Below, piece after piece: positions 1 to 9,128 of a DNA stretch of 63,067 bases. The DNA comes from a virus (Duplodnaviria > Caudoviricetes): positions 1 through 63,067 of IMG/VR virus record IMGVR_UViG_3300033808_000012; one strand, given 5' to 3'. The notes under the pieces are model-generated. The model saw nothing but the letters and a program-made list of their open reading frames with translations. It did not search any database and was not told the origin of the DNA. Within the stretch, counting starts at the first letter, position 1, and each line of letters begins with the position of its first letter. Both the position numbers and the translations under genes were made by a program.

Positions 1-127
1 GTGGATGACTATGTTGTTGGGCCGTCCGCAAAGCGCACTCGAAAAAGTTGGCGTGTTGGAAACCCTAAAGATGGACTTACTTTTTGATCATTCTCCACCG
101 CAACCAGATTTACCATCAACCAAATCG
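1..127. repeat. 127-bp terminal direct repeat, identical to 62941-63067 (circular assembly overlap)
   Basis: Exact identity of both ends; the ORF starting at 62801 reads through the join to TGA at 128-130. Confidence 0.95.
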
Positions 128-142
128 TGAGATTACCGTAGG

Positions 143-610
143 ATGGCTGACTGGTTCCAGAAACCCGCTCACGCTCACGTTGAACGCCGCAAACCTTCCG
201 GTCGCAAGCATCCCGAACAATCGTTGCAAACGCACGTCGCGCAGCTTCTAACCTGGCTGATTCCCGATAACGCGCAAGTGTTCTGGTCAGCCATTGGGCA
301 CGGTGGTGGCGGCAAGACGCGCGGTATGATTCTGAAGGGCATGGGCGTCAAAGCTGGAGTGCCGGACATTCATCTGACATATCGAGGGTGTTCGCTCTGG
401 ATTGAACTGAAAGCGGGAACCGGCCTCAGTCCTACGCAGCGCGCCGTGCATCAGCAGATCACGCTTGCGGGTGGTGTGGTCGCAGTCTGCCGCAACATCG
501 ACGACGTGCGAGCGATCCTTGACATATGGCAAATCCCGACGCGCGAGGCTAAGCCGAGCCGCCAGGCATTCATTGATGCGGCACGGCGTCTCGCTGATCG
601 TCCTGCATAA
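143..610 (+). CDS. VRR-NUC domain nuclease
   Basis: PEQSLQ...GVKAGVPDI...WIELKAG..LSPTQ PD-(D/E)xK pattern typical of phage VRR-NUC. Confidence 0.85.
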   Translation: MADWFQKPAHAHVERRKPSGRKHPEQSLQTHVAQLLTWLIPDNAQVFWSAIGHGGGGKTRGMILKGMGVKAGVPDIHLTYRGCSLWIELKAGTGLSPTQRAVHQQITLAGGVVAVCRNIDDVRAILDIWQIPTREAKPSRQAFIDAARRLADRPA

Positions 611-752
611 GTGCATTACGACAGCGCTCCGCTTGATCAAGGCTGTTGAAACGAACGCTGACCAGCCGCTCCTGCGACCAATCAAACACCTTCCAGTAGC
701 GTTCCTTTGTCTCGCTGTGCACGAACTCGCGGACTTCGTACATCTGGCTCAT
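570..752 (-). CDS. hypothetical protein (60 aa)
   Basis: ATG at 752 overlaps the upstream gene's stop (ATGA). Confidence 0.5.
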   Translation of the reverse strand: MSQMYEVREFVHSETKERYWKVFDWSQERLVSVRFNSLDQAERCRNALMQDDQRDAVPHQ

Positions 753-976
753 ATCAGCTCCGCAATGATCTGGCGTGCATCTATGCCGAGCGCTGAGGAT
801 ATATCGAGTAGACGGCTGACGGAGACGCGATTCGCACCCGTCTCGTATTTGTGAATCTGCTGATAGCTGACGCCAGCGCGCTTGGCGAGCCATTCTTGCG
901 ATTGACCGCGCCGAAGCCGATGTGTGCGGATTAGTTCGCCGATCTGAACGTCTATGTCAGTCGGTTTGTTGTTCAC
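749..976 (-). CDS. XRE-family HTH regulator
   Basis: IGELIRTHRLRRGQSQEWLAKRAGVSYQQIHKYETGANRVSVSRL; GTG start coupled to the recombinase stop. Confidence 0.85.
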   Translation of the reverse strand: MNNKPTDIDVQIGELIRTHRLRRGQSQEWLAKRAGVSYQQIHKYETGANRVSVSRLLDISSALGIDARQIIAELI

Positions 977-1932
977 AGTCCGCTCTCTCGCACGCCAGGG
1001 TTGGCAAGAGCCGATTTCCCCTGAATGTAAGCCATATAAATCTGAGGCGTCTTGTGACGGCTCAACTCCATGCCGTCCTTCATGCTTACCTTCGCGTCGT
1101 TCATATCCGTGATCCGACCACGGCGCGTCGAGTGTGCGCCAATGCGCGCTGGATCGAGCTTCAGCTTCGGATTCAGCCGAGCGTATTCCTTCAGCGTCCA
1201 CGCCACCATCTGGCCAGTGAGGCGCGTGCCACGGCGCACGTCTACGAATAGCGGCGCGGTTGGCTCTTGGCTCGCCTTCGCCATTGTCGCGCGATGCGCC
1301 AGCCAGGCTTCCAGAGCCGCTACAGGGCAGCTCCCGTTGCCTGTGCGCCGAATACCTAGCACGACGCCATGCCCTTCTTGGTCGGTCTTAGAGCGACGGA
1401 TATGCACCAGCAGATCGCCGTGCTCGTCGGGTGCGATGTCTTCCAAGTTCAGCGCCACAGTCTCTGAGCGGCGCAGTGCTACGGCGAAATGCACGAGCAG
1501 CATCGCCCGGTCTTTGAGGCCCTGCGGCGTATCGGTCGGGATTAGACCGATTAGCTCCTTGAGTTTCTTCGATCCGATGGCTTCCTTCGGCGTATGCCGA
1601 TTGCCCTTACGCCGCAGAATTTCTTTCCATGTATCTTTGAGGATCGCCGCGTCAAGATCGTAGTACATGCGATTGGGGTCTTCTTTCCCTAGCCGATCCT
1701 TCTCGGCAGCATGGACGGCGCGGATCGCGGCGAGGCGTTGGCTAAGTGCGCTGGTCGAATGCGCGTGCTCGCGCGCCAACAGAAACTTGGCGATCATCTC
1801 GGGTGCGGCGGGGACGGTGAGAATGTCTTGCTGATTGCAGAACGCCTCCCAATCTTTCCACACATTCGCATAGGCGAGCTGAGTCCCCGGAGACCAGCGG
1901 CCTTTCTTAAAGCTCACAATAGGTTGTGTCAT
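973..1932 (-). CDS. tyrosine recombinase, Cre-like
   Basis: KDRAMLL..LRRSE, RSKTDQ, AHSTRRG, SRHK, late Tyr; N-terminal core-binding domain. Confidence 0.9.
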   Translation of the reverse strand: MTQPIVSFKKGRWSPGTQLAYANVWKDWEAFCNQQDILTVPAAPEMIAKFLLAREHAHSTSALSQRLAAIRAVHAAEKDRLGKEDPNRMYYDLDAAILKDTWKEILRRKGNRHTPKEAIGSKKLKELIGLIPTDTPQGLKDRAMLLVHFAVALRRSETVALNLEDIAPDEHGDLLVHIRRSKTDQEGHGVVLGIRRTGNGSCPVAALEAWLAHRATMAKASQEPTAPLFVDVRRGTRLTGQMVAWTLKEYARLNPKLKLDPARIGAHSTRRGRITDMNDAKVSMKDGMELSRHKTPQIYMAYIQGKSALANPGVRESGL

Positions 1933-1976
1933 GGTTCTTGTCGTATCAGATCAAGCGTTCGTCGTCAATTGTATTA

Positions 1977-2783
1977 CTACATTTGGCTGACAGTGAAGAG
2001 GTCGAGCTGCCGAGATGCCTCTTCAACTCGCCGTAACGCTATCTCAAAGTAGCGCGGCTCAATCTCGACGCCAACGAACTTGCGTCCCAGGCGGAGAGCT
2101 GCCACGCCAGCGGTTCCTGATCCCATGAACGGATCAAACACAGTCTCCTGCATATCCGTCCATGTGAAGATGTGATCGGCCGCAAGTGTGTACGGCATAG
2201 GCGCTGGGTGTCCCGCTGTCTCGCCAGTGTAAGGATTGGCGATGATCCACCAGTTCCGCCGCAATCCTTCGCTTTGAACCGGCCGTCCTTGGCGCACTCG
2301 CGTTGTGCCGTCAGGATATCGATCTGTTGAAACTTTGCTGTTACCAACCCATTTGTTACGCCAATCTTTGATGCCATTGAAATGGCTTGGCGCACCATTG
2401 CTAAACACAAACATGAACTCAAAAGAGGGATGGTAGCGGTTCGAATCAGGGAACGTAACGCCCTCTTTGCAGTAGATCATCGTGTCGTGGATGCGTAGGC
2501 CTTCTGCCTTGAATGCTAAGGCTTGCTCAAACGAACTGCCCGTTTCTGAACCATCAATCGTCTGATCGGCGACATTCCACACGATGACCCCGCCAGGCCT
2601 GGGAAGCGCAGCGATCAAAGGAATGCATTCAAGAGGACGCGCGCCTTGAGTGCCGTAATCTCTGATTGCGTCATAAGGCGGCGATGTTACCACCGCATCG
2701 ATGGATTTTTCGTAAGTCGGCAGAATGTCGGCACAGTCCGCGAGATAGAGCGTCGCCTCTCCTATTTGCTCGCACCGTGTCAT
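1977..2783 (-). CDS. DNA N4-cytosine/N6-adenine methyltransferase (beta class)
   Basis: TSPPY motif, HPAP, DPFMGSGT SAM-binding motif. Confidence 0.9.
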   Translation of the reverse strand: MTRCEQIGEATLYLADCADILPTYEKSIDAVVTSPPYDAIRDYGTQGARPLECIPLIAALPRPGGVIVWNVADQTIDGSETGSSFEQALAFKAEGLRIHDTMIYCKEGVTFPDSNRYHPSFEFMFVFSNGAPSHFNGIKDWRNKWVGNSKVSTDRYPDGTTRVRQGRPVQSEGLRRNWWIIANPYTGETAGHPAPMPYTLAADHIFTWTDMQETVFDPFMGSGTAGVAALRLGRKFVGVEIEPRYFEIALRRVEEASRQLDLFTVSQM

Positions 2784-2977
2784 TGAGAATTACTAATAAC
2801 ATTGACTGATTCAATGGTCGCGATGACATCAGCCCATCGTTGGCGATCCTTTTTGCTATATTTTTTCCACACTCGACTAATAAAGGCGAGCCGATGAGCC
2901 TCCGCAACTTCCTTAGAGGGCCAGCCACCAGATGCGGCGTAATTACTCGCTACTGCTTCTGCTTCTTTGAGTGTCAT
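2780..2977 (-). CDS. hypothetical protein
   Basis: ATGA-coupled ORF in the leftward operon. Confidence 0.55.
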   Translation of the reverse strand: MTLKEAEAVASNYAASGGWPSKEVAEAHRLAFISRVWKKYSKKDRQRWADVIATIESVNVISNSQ

Positions 2978-3294
2978 TTGTATTCACGAATTTGGTTAGC
3001 AGCGTCAACCTCACGGCATTCGTCCATCATAGCTTCGCGCAACCGCCCGAACGCAACATCGCAGAGGATTTCCTCCTCGTACAAACCTCCGCCCTCACGT
3101 TTTGCTGCTTTCAGCTCCTCCCGAACTTCGTAGCATTCGGCGCAGACCCGGATATTTTCAGGTTCGCCTTCCCATATCCCCCAGACATATTCATGCAACT
3201 CGCCAGGCTCGATCTGCCGCAAACAATCTTCACAGATGCGGACGATCTTAGACTTAACGGCTTCTGCTCGGAAAACGGTGGGCGATTCACACAT
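2974..3294 (-). CDS. zinc-finger-like phage protein
   Basis: CEDC...CAEC pairs. Confidence 0.65.
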   Translation of the reverse strand: MCESPTVFRAEAVKSKIVRICEDCLRQIEPGELHEYVWGIWEGEPENIRVCAECYEVREELKAAKREGGGLYEEEILCDVAFGRLREAMMDECREVDAANQIREYK

Positions 3295-3317
3295 CCTACG
3301 GTAATCCTATTATTAGA

Positions 3318-3770
3318 TTAGGAATTCGGAAAGCATTTGGTATATTTTATATCTTGCGTTGGATCAGTGTTCCAACTTGTTCCTTCTGTTATATTTGCGG
3401 GCCAATCATATATAAGCCCATCATCCCCAACGGTTTTATAAGGTAAAGAAGAGCCTAGAACGCCAGATATGGGGTGCCCATACTTAGCAATTTCTTCCTG
3501 GGCTGTTTTTACCATCGCCAAATCTTCTTGTGTAACTGCTTTGTAGGGAGGATGTGCATCACGCCACGCTTTATCTCGCACTTCGCGAGCGTTGGCAGCT
3601 TTCTGATCTGCGGCTTCTTTTTCCTCAATAGTCATACCGTGTAAGGCCATACTTTCGGCTTCAAGACAGGCATGTTTATCGCGGAAACTATCGTCATGGT
3701 GAATATCTCCGTTCCCCATGACTACAAGAAGTGTCCATGTTGCCGCTGCGGCAGAAATGGCTAGTCCCAT
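3318..3770 (-). CDS. hypothetical exported/membrane protein, AT-rich
   Basis: Start MGLAISAAAATWTLLVV chosen because the longer ORF overlaps the tRNA-like element. Confidence 0.55.
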   Translation of the reverse strand: MGLAISAAAATWTLLVVMGNGDIHHDDSFRDKHACLEAESMALHGMTIEEKEAADQKAANAREVRDKAWRDAHPPYKAVTQEDLAMVKTAQEEIAKYGHPISGVLGSSLPYKTVGDDGLIYDWPANITEGTSWNTDPTQDIKYTKCFPNS

Positions 3771-3790
3771 CGTAATACCCCAATCTAGTG

Positions 3791-3887
3791 AGCGGGACGG
3801 AGTGGGATTCGAACCCACGATCCCCGGTAGCGCGCGCCACGAGGACAGGCAGTCAAACCTCCAATCAACCTCTCTGGCACCCGTCCC
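3791..3887 (-). tRNA. tRNA-like element (class II, Ser-like) with non-canonical anticodon arm
   Basis: Acceptor GGACGGG/TCCGTCC, D-arm CCA-GAGAGGTTGAT-TGG, T-arm GTGGG-TTCGAAT-CCCAC, long variable stem; no clean 5-bp/7-nt anticodon arm. Confidence 0.65.
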
Positions 3888-3901
3888 ATTGGTATGCAAA
3901 A

Positions 3902-4216
3902 TTATAGCTGATGGGCGCGGCGCACGAGTTCTCCTAACTTTTGTTGCGCGGCAGAGGCATCAGCTATTGCGCGATCAAGACGATCCAGCGATGCAGGTGC
4001 GCCAGCGGGATTTCGTTCTACATTGCCGACCGCTTTCGGCTCGTTTCCGAGCATACGATTGATCACGTCTTCAAGCGAATTAATATCGGCCCAGAAGACG
4101 CTCATTATCTGCTCAAGTTCCGCCGCTGCTCGGACTGTGCGACTTTCCTCAACTTGCGCCACTTCTGGGTTGGGATATTGTCCGCCTGTAGCTGGCGTTC
4201 CCCAGTTTCCGTTCAT
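3902..4216 (-). CDS. hypothetical coiled-coil protein
   Basis: ORF with GGAGG RBS. Confidence 0.65.
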   Translation of the reverse strand: MNGNWGTPATGGQYPNPEVAQVEESRTVRAAAELEQIMSVFWADINSLEDVINRMLGNEPKAVGNVERNPAGAPASLDRLDRAIADASAAQQKLGELVRRAHQL

Positions 4217-4248
4217 CTTTTCCCTCCTAGGTTAAAAGCGATATCTGA

Positions 4249-4551
4249 TTAGCTGGGACGCGCTAAGTTACCGTCGTCGTCGAACATTCGAACGGTTTTG
4301 CCAACCAACGCCTCTAATTCTTCGCGGCTTTTGATCAACCGATTGAGTGGAACGTGCGGAAATTTTTGTAAAAACTCATCGCTGTCTACATCCACGCTCG
4401 CGACTTCGCCGCCAGGGTTTATCCCCATGCGATGGGTTTTTTCCACCGCTTCCATAAAGTCATCAGCAAGAACATGGATGCAACCGAGCCACTGCTGCCC
4501 CTCGGGACGGTCAGGATCGGCGAAACTCATATAGAATATGCGATGGCTCAT
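4249..4551 (-). CDS. hypothetical protein
   Basis: ORF; start MSHRIFY after a GAGG RBS. Confidence 0.6.
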   Translation of the reverse strand: MSHRIFYMSFADPDRPEGQQWLGCIHVLADDFMEAVEKTHRMGINPGGEVASVDVDSDEFLQKFPHVPLNRLIKSREELEALVGKTVRMFDDDGNLARPS

Positions 4552-4574
4552 TTTCGTCCTCACGAGAAGGGTAG

Positions 4575-4874
4575 TTATCGTTGACACGCGCGGCAGCGAT
4601 AGCGGCGCAGCTTGCCATTTCGAAAAAGCGCCATATCTCGTCGTATTTTCGGAAGCGCCTTAACCGCATAGCCGCGCCAATCGGGAATTGCAAACCAGTG
4701 ATCTAATACGTGACCACATTCACCGAAGACTTGCCAGACTGGCGTTCGCGTGCCGCGTCGGCGATCTTCAAAATGCCCTAGTTCCACATTCGTGGCCGCT
4801 CGCAACGGATGATCATGGGCTATACGCCCAGCTTCATATGAACCTCGCAACGCTGCTGCGATGTACGAGGTCAT
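4575..4874 (-). CDS. hypothetical protein
   Basis: ORF in the leftward operon. Confidence 0.45.
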   Translation of the reverse strand: MTSYIAAALRGSYEAGRIAHDHPLRAATNVELGHFEDRRRGTRTPVWQVFGECGHVLDHWFAIPDWRGYAVKALPKIRRDMALFRNGKLRRYRCRACQR

Positions 4875-5047
4875 TTAGACCTCGACACTTGCCGGAGAAG
4901 ATAATGCCCGGCGCGCTGACAATTGAGCCAGTCGCGCGCCACGTTGCACTCTGCCGCTGCGCAATATGCGTCAATGGCTTGGATCAGCGCCGCGAGGCAT
5001 TTACGTTCCATGTAGTTCATCACGTCCTCCTTGATTGCGGCTTGATC

Positions 5048-5269
5048 CTAGCGCGGCTCGGCGGGAGTGTCAAGCGCCTTTTTTGCTTTGTTCCACTTTT
5101 GCCATGCCGCCCGGTTCTGCGCGAGACGAGCTGTCTTTTTGGCGGCAAAGCGCCGGTCGCGATAGGCGATTACCCGTTCATACGCCTCGTTCGCCGTTTC
5201 GCTGTCTCCAACGATATCAGCAACATCGTATAGCGTTCTTAACTCGGCGCTTGTGATGTGCTTGGTCAT
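5048..5269 (-). CDS. hypothetical protein
   Basis: ORF in the leftward operon. Confidence 0.5.
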   Translation of the reverse strand: MTKHITSAELRTLYDVADIVGDSETANEAYERVIAYRDRRFAAKKTARLAQNRAAWQKWNKAKKALDTPAEPR

Positions 5270-5297
5270 CGCGTTGAAATGTCCCGTTTCATTTGTA

Positions 5298-5543
5298 TCA
5301 GCGCTTCTCGTGAATGGCGTTCCAAATGCCGCTAGCTAGCTCGCCTGGAACATCGATCACCGCGCCAGAAGGCGCGATCCATGACGCGCCACAGCCATGC
5401 TTAGGCAAGCCATCCCATGCACGCAGCCGCATTCCGCAACGACTAGCAAGATCGCGCCACCAGTCTCGCTCAGCAATTATCGCTTCTGTCTCGGCTTTGG
5501 TCGCTCGTTTCATTTGTATTGTCCGTTTACGCTGATTGAGCAT
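5298..5543 (-). CDS. hypothetical protein
   Basis: ORF in the leftward operon. Confidence 0.5.
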   Translation of the reverse strand: MLNQRKRTIQMKRATKAETEAIIAERDWWRDLASRCGMRLRAWDGLPKHGCGASWIAPSGAVIDVPGELASGIWNAIHEKR

Positions 5544-5672
5544 CGTCGTCAGTAAATTCAGCGGTTTCTTGCCACAGACGCTCGGCTAGCGCCTTACAGG
5601 TTTCGTCAGGCGCATCGAGCATGCGATACTCCAAATCTCCTTGAAGCAGACCTAACCATTCGTCCCTAGTCA

Positions 5673-5855
5673 TTATGCCACCATATAAAGATCGCGCACG
5701 TTGACGCTGAAAACCCCTTCAGCAGTTTGTATCCATGCATAGCCCATTAGGCCATTCTTCATGCGGCCCAAAAACATAGCGGGGATTGTTTCACCCATGA
5801 CGCGAGCTTCGCAATCTGGTTTGAAAATCGGTCGTACCCTTGGCTTCGTATTCAT
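5673..5855 (-). CDS. hypothetical protein
   Basis: ORF in the leftward operon. Confidence 0.5.
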   Translation of the reverse strand: MNTKPRVRPIFKPDCEARVMGETIPAMFLGRMKNGLMGYAWIQTAEGVFSVNVRDLYMVA

Positions 5856-5872
5856 CAGAATTCACCATCTCG

Positions 5873-6106
5873 TTAGGAGTTGAGATGCCGACGCCATGAA
5901 GCAACCGCATCCCACGCTTTTGCGGTGCTGATGCCAGTACTTAGCGCGACCGTGTAAAAATCATCATCTAAACGATTAAGAATATAAGCGTCGTCGTCAG
6001 TCAGCGGCGCCAACGAATATGGATATGGTCGTGGCATAGCCATCCTCTGGCATCGGGCGAGTTTCGCGGCTATCTGCGGCGAGCAATCAAATAAATCGGT
6101 CATCAT
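5873..6106 (-). CDS. hypothetical protein
   Basis: ORF with GGGAGAG RBS. Confidence 0.5.
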   Translation of the reverse strand: MMTDLFDCSPQIAAKLARCQRMAMPRPYPYSLAPLTDDDAYILNRLDDDFYTVALSTGISTAKAWDAVASWRRHLNS

Positions 6107-6193
6107 CTCTCTCCCGCTGTGCGGTGGTGGGGGTTTCTACCACGGGTCTCCCCCACCGACCGCGCGTTGAGGCGGCTTGTCCCCGCCCGGTAG

Positions 6194-6580
6194 CTAGCGC
6201 CGCGTCATGCGGATGTTATATTCGGTTGCTTCTTCATCGGTCTTGAACGTTTTCACGTTCGCAGGAACCTCAAACACCTGATAACAGCGATGCGAGGTTT
6301 CCGACAGAAACACCTTCTTGCCGTTCCACCGATGCAGTTCTGTGCTCGGCGAGTAAGCATAAGGCGACGGGATGTTAGCGCGTTGGCAGCGAGCGATAAA
6401 GCCCAAGCTAACCATATCCTCGCCATCATCCGTCCAATCGCATTCCGCGATCCAGCGAGCATGACCGACATGGCTGCGAATGGTCTTGAGCAATTTGAAA
6501 GGCGACGCTGACCGCTTCTCCCAATTGCCAGGGATCATTCGATCAGAAACGCCGGGCGGTAAGTTTGAAAGCGATTGCAT
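6194..6580 (-). CDS. hypothetical protein, first gene of the leftward operon
   Basis: MQSLSNLPPGV start after AAGGAGG RBS. Confidence 0.6.
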   Translation of the reverse strand: MQSLSNLPPGVSDRMIPGNWEKRSASPFKLLKTIRSHVGHARWIAECDWTDDGEDMVSLGFIARCQRANIPSPYAYSPSTELHRWNGKKVFLSETSHRCYQVFEVPANVKTFKTDEEATEYNIRMTRR

Positions 6581-6607
6581 GATGTCCTCCTTGGTTCCAA
6601 CGCCCCT

Positions 6608-6636
6608 TATATCGCACGCCGGAAACGCGGTGTCAA
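6608..6636 (-). promoter_or_regulatory. sigma70-like leftward promoter
   Basis: TTGACA-17nt-GATATA on the minus strand upstream of the leftward operon. Confidence 0.55.
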
Positions 6637-6855
6637 TGCACAAAATGCGCTTGGTCGAAAATATTTTCGCTAGCACCGAGAATGCTCAATCTGGCTGACG
6701 CAAAAATTCTGTCTGGGTTGCTTGCTTCGCGCGGCGCGTTAGCGCATAGTGTGGGGAGGCGGCTCGGCGGGTTGATCCCCCGCTTAAATTCGACGCCATT
6801 GCGCTTGGATGGGGTTGGCCGCCGCCCCCGCCCAAGCCCGATGGAGTACCAGCGC

Positions 6856-7167
6856 ATGACGGGCGAAAACCGCCTCGTAGTCCACAAATGGCAACCCTAT
6901 CAGAAAAATACGCTTTGCGGCTTCGCGACCATCGAGCTTCCCAACGGTCTCTATATCGAGGATATGACCGTTCACCACAAGAACGGCAAACGCTGGGTTT
7001 CCATGCCATCGCTGCCGCAGCTTCAGGACGGAAAACAACGCGTCGATAATGGCGGCAAGCCGCTTTACAAATCTATTCTCCGCTGGCGTTCAAAGGAGTT
7101 GGCAGACCAATTCGGCGAAAGGGTGATCGCTGCTATTCGGTCGCAGCATCCCGGCGCGTTAGCGTGA
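6856..7167 (+). CDS. SpoVG/PC4-like nucleic-acid-binding protein (putative SSB)
   Basis: TLCGFATIEL.NGLYIEDMTVH..NGKRWVSMPS pattern; lies before the primase. Confidence 0.65.
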   Translation: MTGENRLVVHKWQPYQKNTLCGFATIELPNGLYIEDMTVHHKNGKRWVSMPSLPQLQDGKQRVDNGGKPLYKSILRWRSKELADQFGERVIAAIRSQHPGALA

Positions 7168-7171
7168 CACG

Positions 7172-7924
7172 ATGGAAATGTGGGAACGCGCTGCGGCGCT
7201 AAAACTTCCCGTTTTCCCTTGCCATTCAGACAAAACGCCAGCTTGTCCCCACGGCTTTAAGGACGCTCAGCGCGAGCCTAATCTGATTCGCCAGCTATTC
7301 GAAAGTTATCCTGGCGAACTTGTGGGAATGCCGACTGGCGAAATATCGGGCGTTGATGTGCTTGATCTTGATCTTCCGCGTCACGCTGAGGCGCGCGCTT
7401 GGCTAGCGCAAGCTCATTTGCCGGAAACGCGGATGCATCAAACACGATCAGGCGGTCAACATTATTTCTATCGGCATTATCCTGGTTTGCGAAACTGGAC
7501 AAGTCGCCCCGTTGCAGGAGTTGACGGTAGAGCGGACGGGGGATACGTGATTTTTTGGCCGCAGGCTGGCCATGCAACCAATTTGAAGCCGGTGATTGAA
7601 TGGCCGCGTGATTTGCTTCGGATCATAAAACCGAAACCACGTGCTCAGGCTTCTCAAGAAACCGCTTCACCTGTGACAGATCAGAAATTCAATGGCGTTT
7701 TGCGTGCAGTGGGCAACGCGATCAATGGCGAACGTAATGAATTGCTGTTTTGGGGAGCTTGCCGTTTCGCAGAATGGATTGAAGCGGGTGGCATAACGCG
7801 CAGCGTGGGGGAAACTGTTTTAACATCGGCGGCTCGCCGTTCGGGCTTGGACGATATTGAGATAGCAAAGACCATTGCGAGCGCTTTCAATCGTGAGGCG
7901 CGCAATGGCAATCCCGCGCAATGA
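7172..7924 (+). CDS. bifunctional DNA primase/polymerase (Prim-Pol) with C-terminal PriCT-like domain
   Basis: VFPC..DKTP, VLDLD, TRSGGQHYFY, DGRADGGYV, GERNELLF. Confidence 0.9.
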   Translation: MEMWERAAALKLPVFPCHSDKTPACPHGFKDAQREPNLIRQLFESYPGELVGMPTGEISGVDVLDLDLPRHAEARAWLAQAHLPETRMHQTRSGGQHYFYRHYPGLRNWTSRPVAGVDGRADGGYVIFWPQAGHATNLKPVIEWPRDLLRIIKPKPRAQASQETASPVTDQKFNGVLRAVGNAINGERNELLFWGACRFAEWIEAGGITRSVGETVLTSAARRSGLDDIEIAKTIASAFNREARNGNPAQ

Positions 7925-9128
7925 GGAAGAGGCCGAGCGGCGGCTTGAGGAAATATTTGCACCGTGGCGCGATAGCCTTATAACCACGTCAAAGGGGACG
8001 CCCAAAGCACTTCTGGCAAACGCTATCACGGCTTTTCGTGCTGCTCCTGAATGGAGCGGAATTTTTCAATTCGACGTTTTCAAGCAGCAAACAATGCTCA
8101 AAGGCGTGCCGCCTTGGGGTGAATATCGCGAAGATCGCGCGTGGGAAGACGCTGATGACGTTCGCGCAGCCGATTGGTGCCAGCACAATGGGATTTTAAT
8201 TCCTAAGAATGTCGCTGGAGAGGCAATTGAAATTGTAGCGCGGGATTTTGCTTTTCATCCAGTTCGAGATTATATCAAGCGTTGCCAACGGACTAGCGAT
8301 CAATTGCTCGATTTTTGGTTGAGCCGTTTTCTTGGTTGTCCTGATACGCCAATCATCCGCGCTTTTGGTCGCACTTTTTTGATAAGCGCAATTGCTCGCA
8401 TGATGGAACCAGGCTGCAAAGCAGATTGCGCTCTCATTCTTGAAGGCCCACAAGGACGCAAAAAATCTACCGCTCTCCGTGTTCTTTTCGTCCCTTGGTT
8501 TACCGATGAGATCGCTGATCTCGGCACAAAAGATGCTGCCATGCAGCTGCGAGGCGTTTGGTGCATCGAGATTGCCGAACTTGACGCAATGGGACGCGGC
8601 GACGTAGCCAAAATCAAAGCGTTCATGTCGCGAACCATCGACCGATTTCGTCCAGCTTATGGACATCGCGTGATCGAGCAATTACGCCAAAACGTATTCG
8701 CTGGCACAGTCAACCACAACGAATATCTGCGCGATGCTACGGGTGGAAGACGATTTAATCCTGCCGAATGTGGTGAAATCGATATTGACGGCCTTACGCA
8801 ATACCGCGATGCGTTATGGGCTGAAGCACGCGACGCTTACCTTGAGGGCGAACAATGGTGGATCGACGGCCCGCTTCTAGCTGATGCCGTCGCCGAGCAG
8901 CGCGCCCGACGCATCCCTGATCCTTGGGATGGAGAAGTCGAATTAATAACGCAGCGCGTCACATCAATTACCGCATCGGAAGTGTTAATTGAGATTGGAA
9001 TTCCTCTAAAAGATCAGACGCAATGGCATTGGAATAGAGCCGCCGATTGTTTGAAAGCTTTGGGATGGCGTTCTAAATCAATACGTTACAAAGGATCACC
9101 AGCTTATCGTTATGTTCCACCAACGTAG
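7905..9128 (+). CDS. VapE/VirE-family helicase
   Basis: Walker A GPQGRKKST, EIAELD, RPAYG, GTVN..EYLRDATGGRRF. Confidence 0.9.
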   Translation: MAIPRNEEEAERRLEEIFAPWRDSLITTSKGTPKALLANAITAFRAAPEWSGIFQFDVFKQQTMLKGVPPWGEYREDRAWEDADDVRAADWCQHNGILIPKNVAGEAIEIVARDFAFHPVRDYIKRCQRTSDQLLDFWLSRFLGCPDTPIIRAFGRTFLISAIARMMEPGCKADCALILEGPQGRKKSTALRVLFVPWFTDEIADLGTKDAAMQLRGVWCIEIAELDAMGRGDVAKIKAFMSRTIDRFRPAYGHRVIEQLRQNVFAGTVNHNEYLRDATGGRRFNPAECGEIDIDGLTQYRDALWAEARDAYLEGEQWWIDGPLLADAVAEQRARRIPDPWDGEVELITQRVTSITASEVLIEIGIPLKDQTQWHWNRAADCLKALGWRSKSIRYKGSPAYRYVPPT

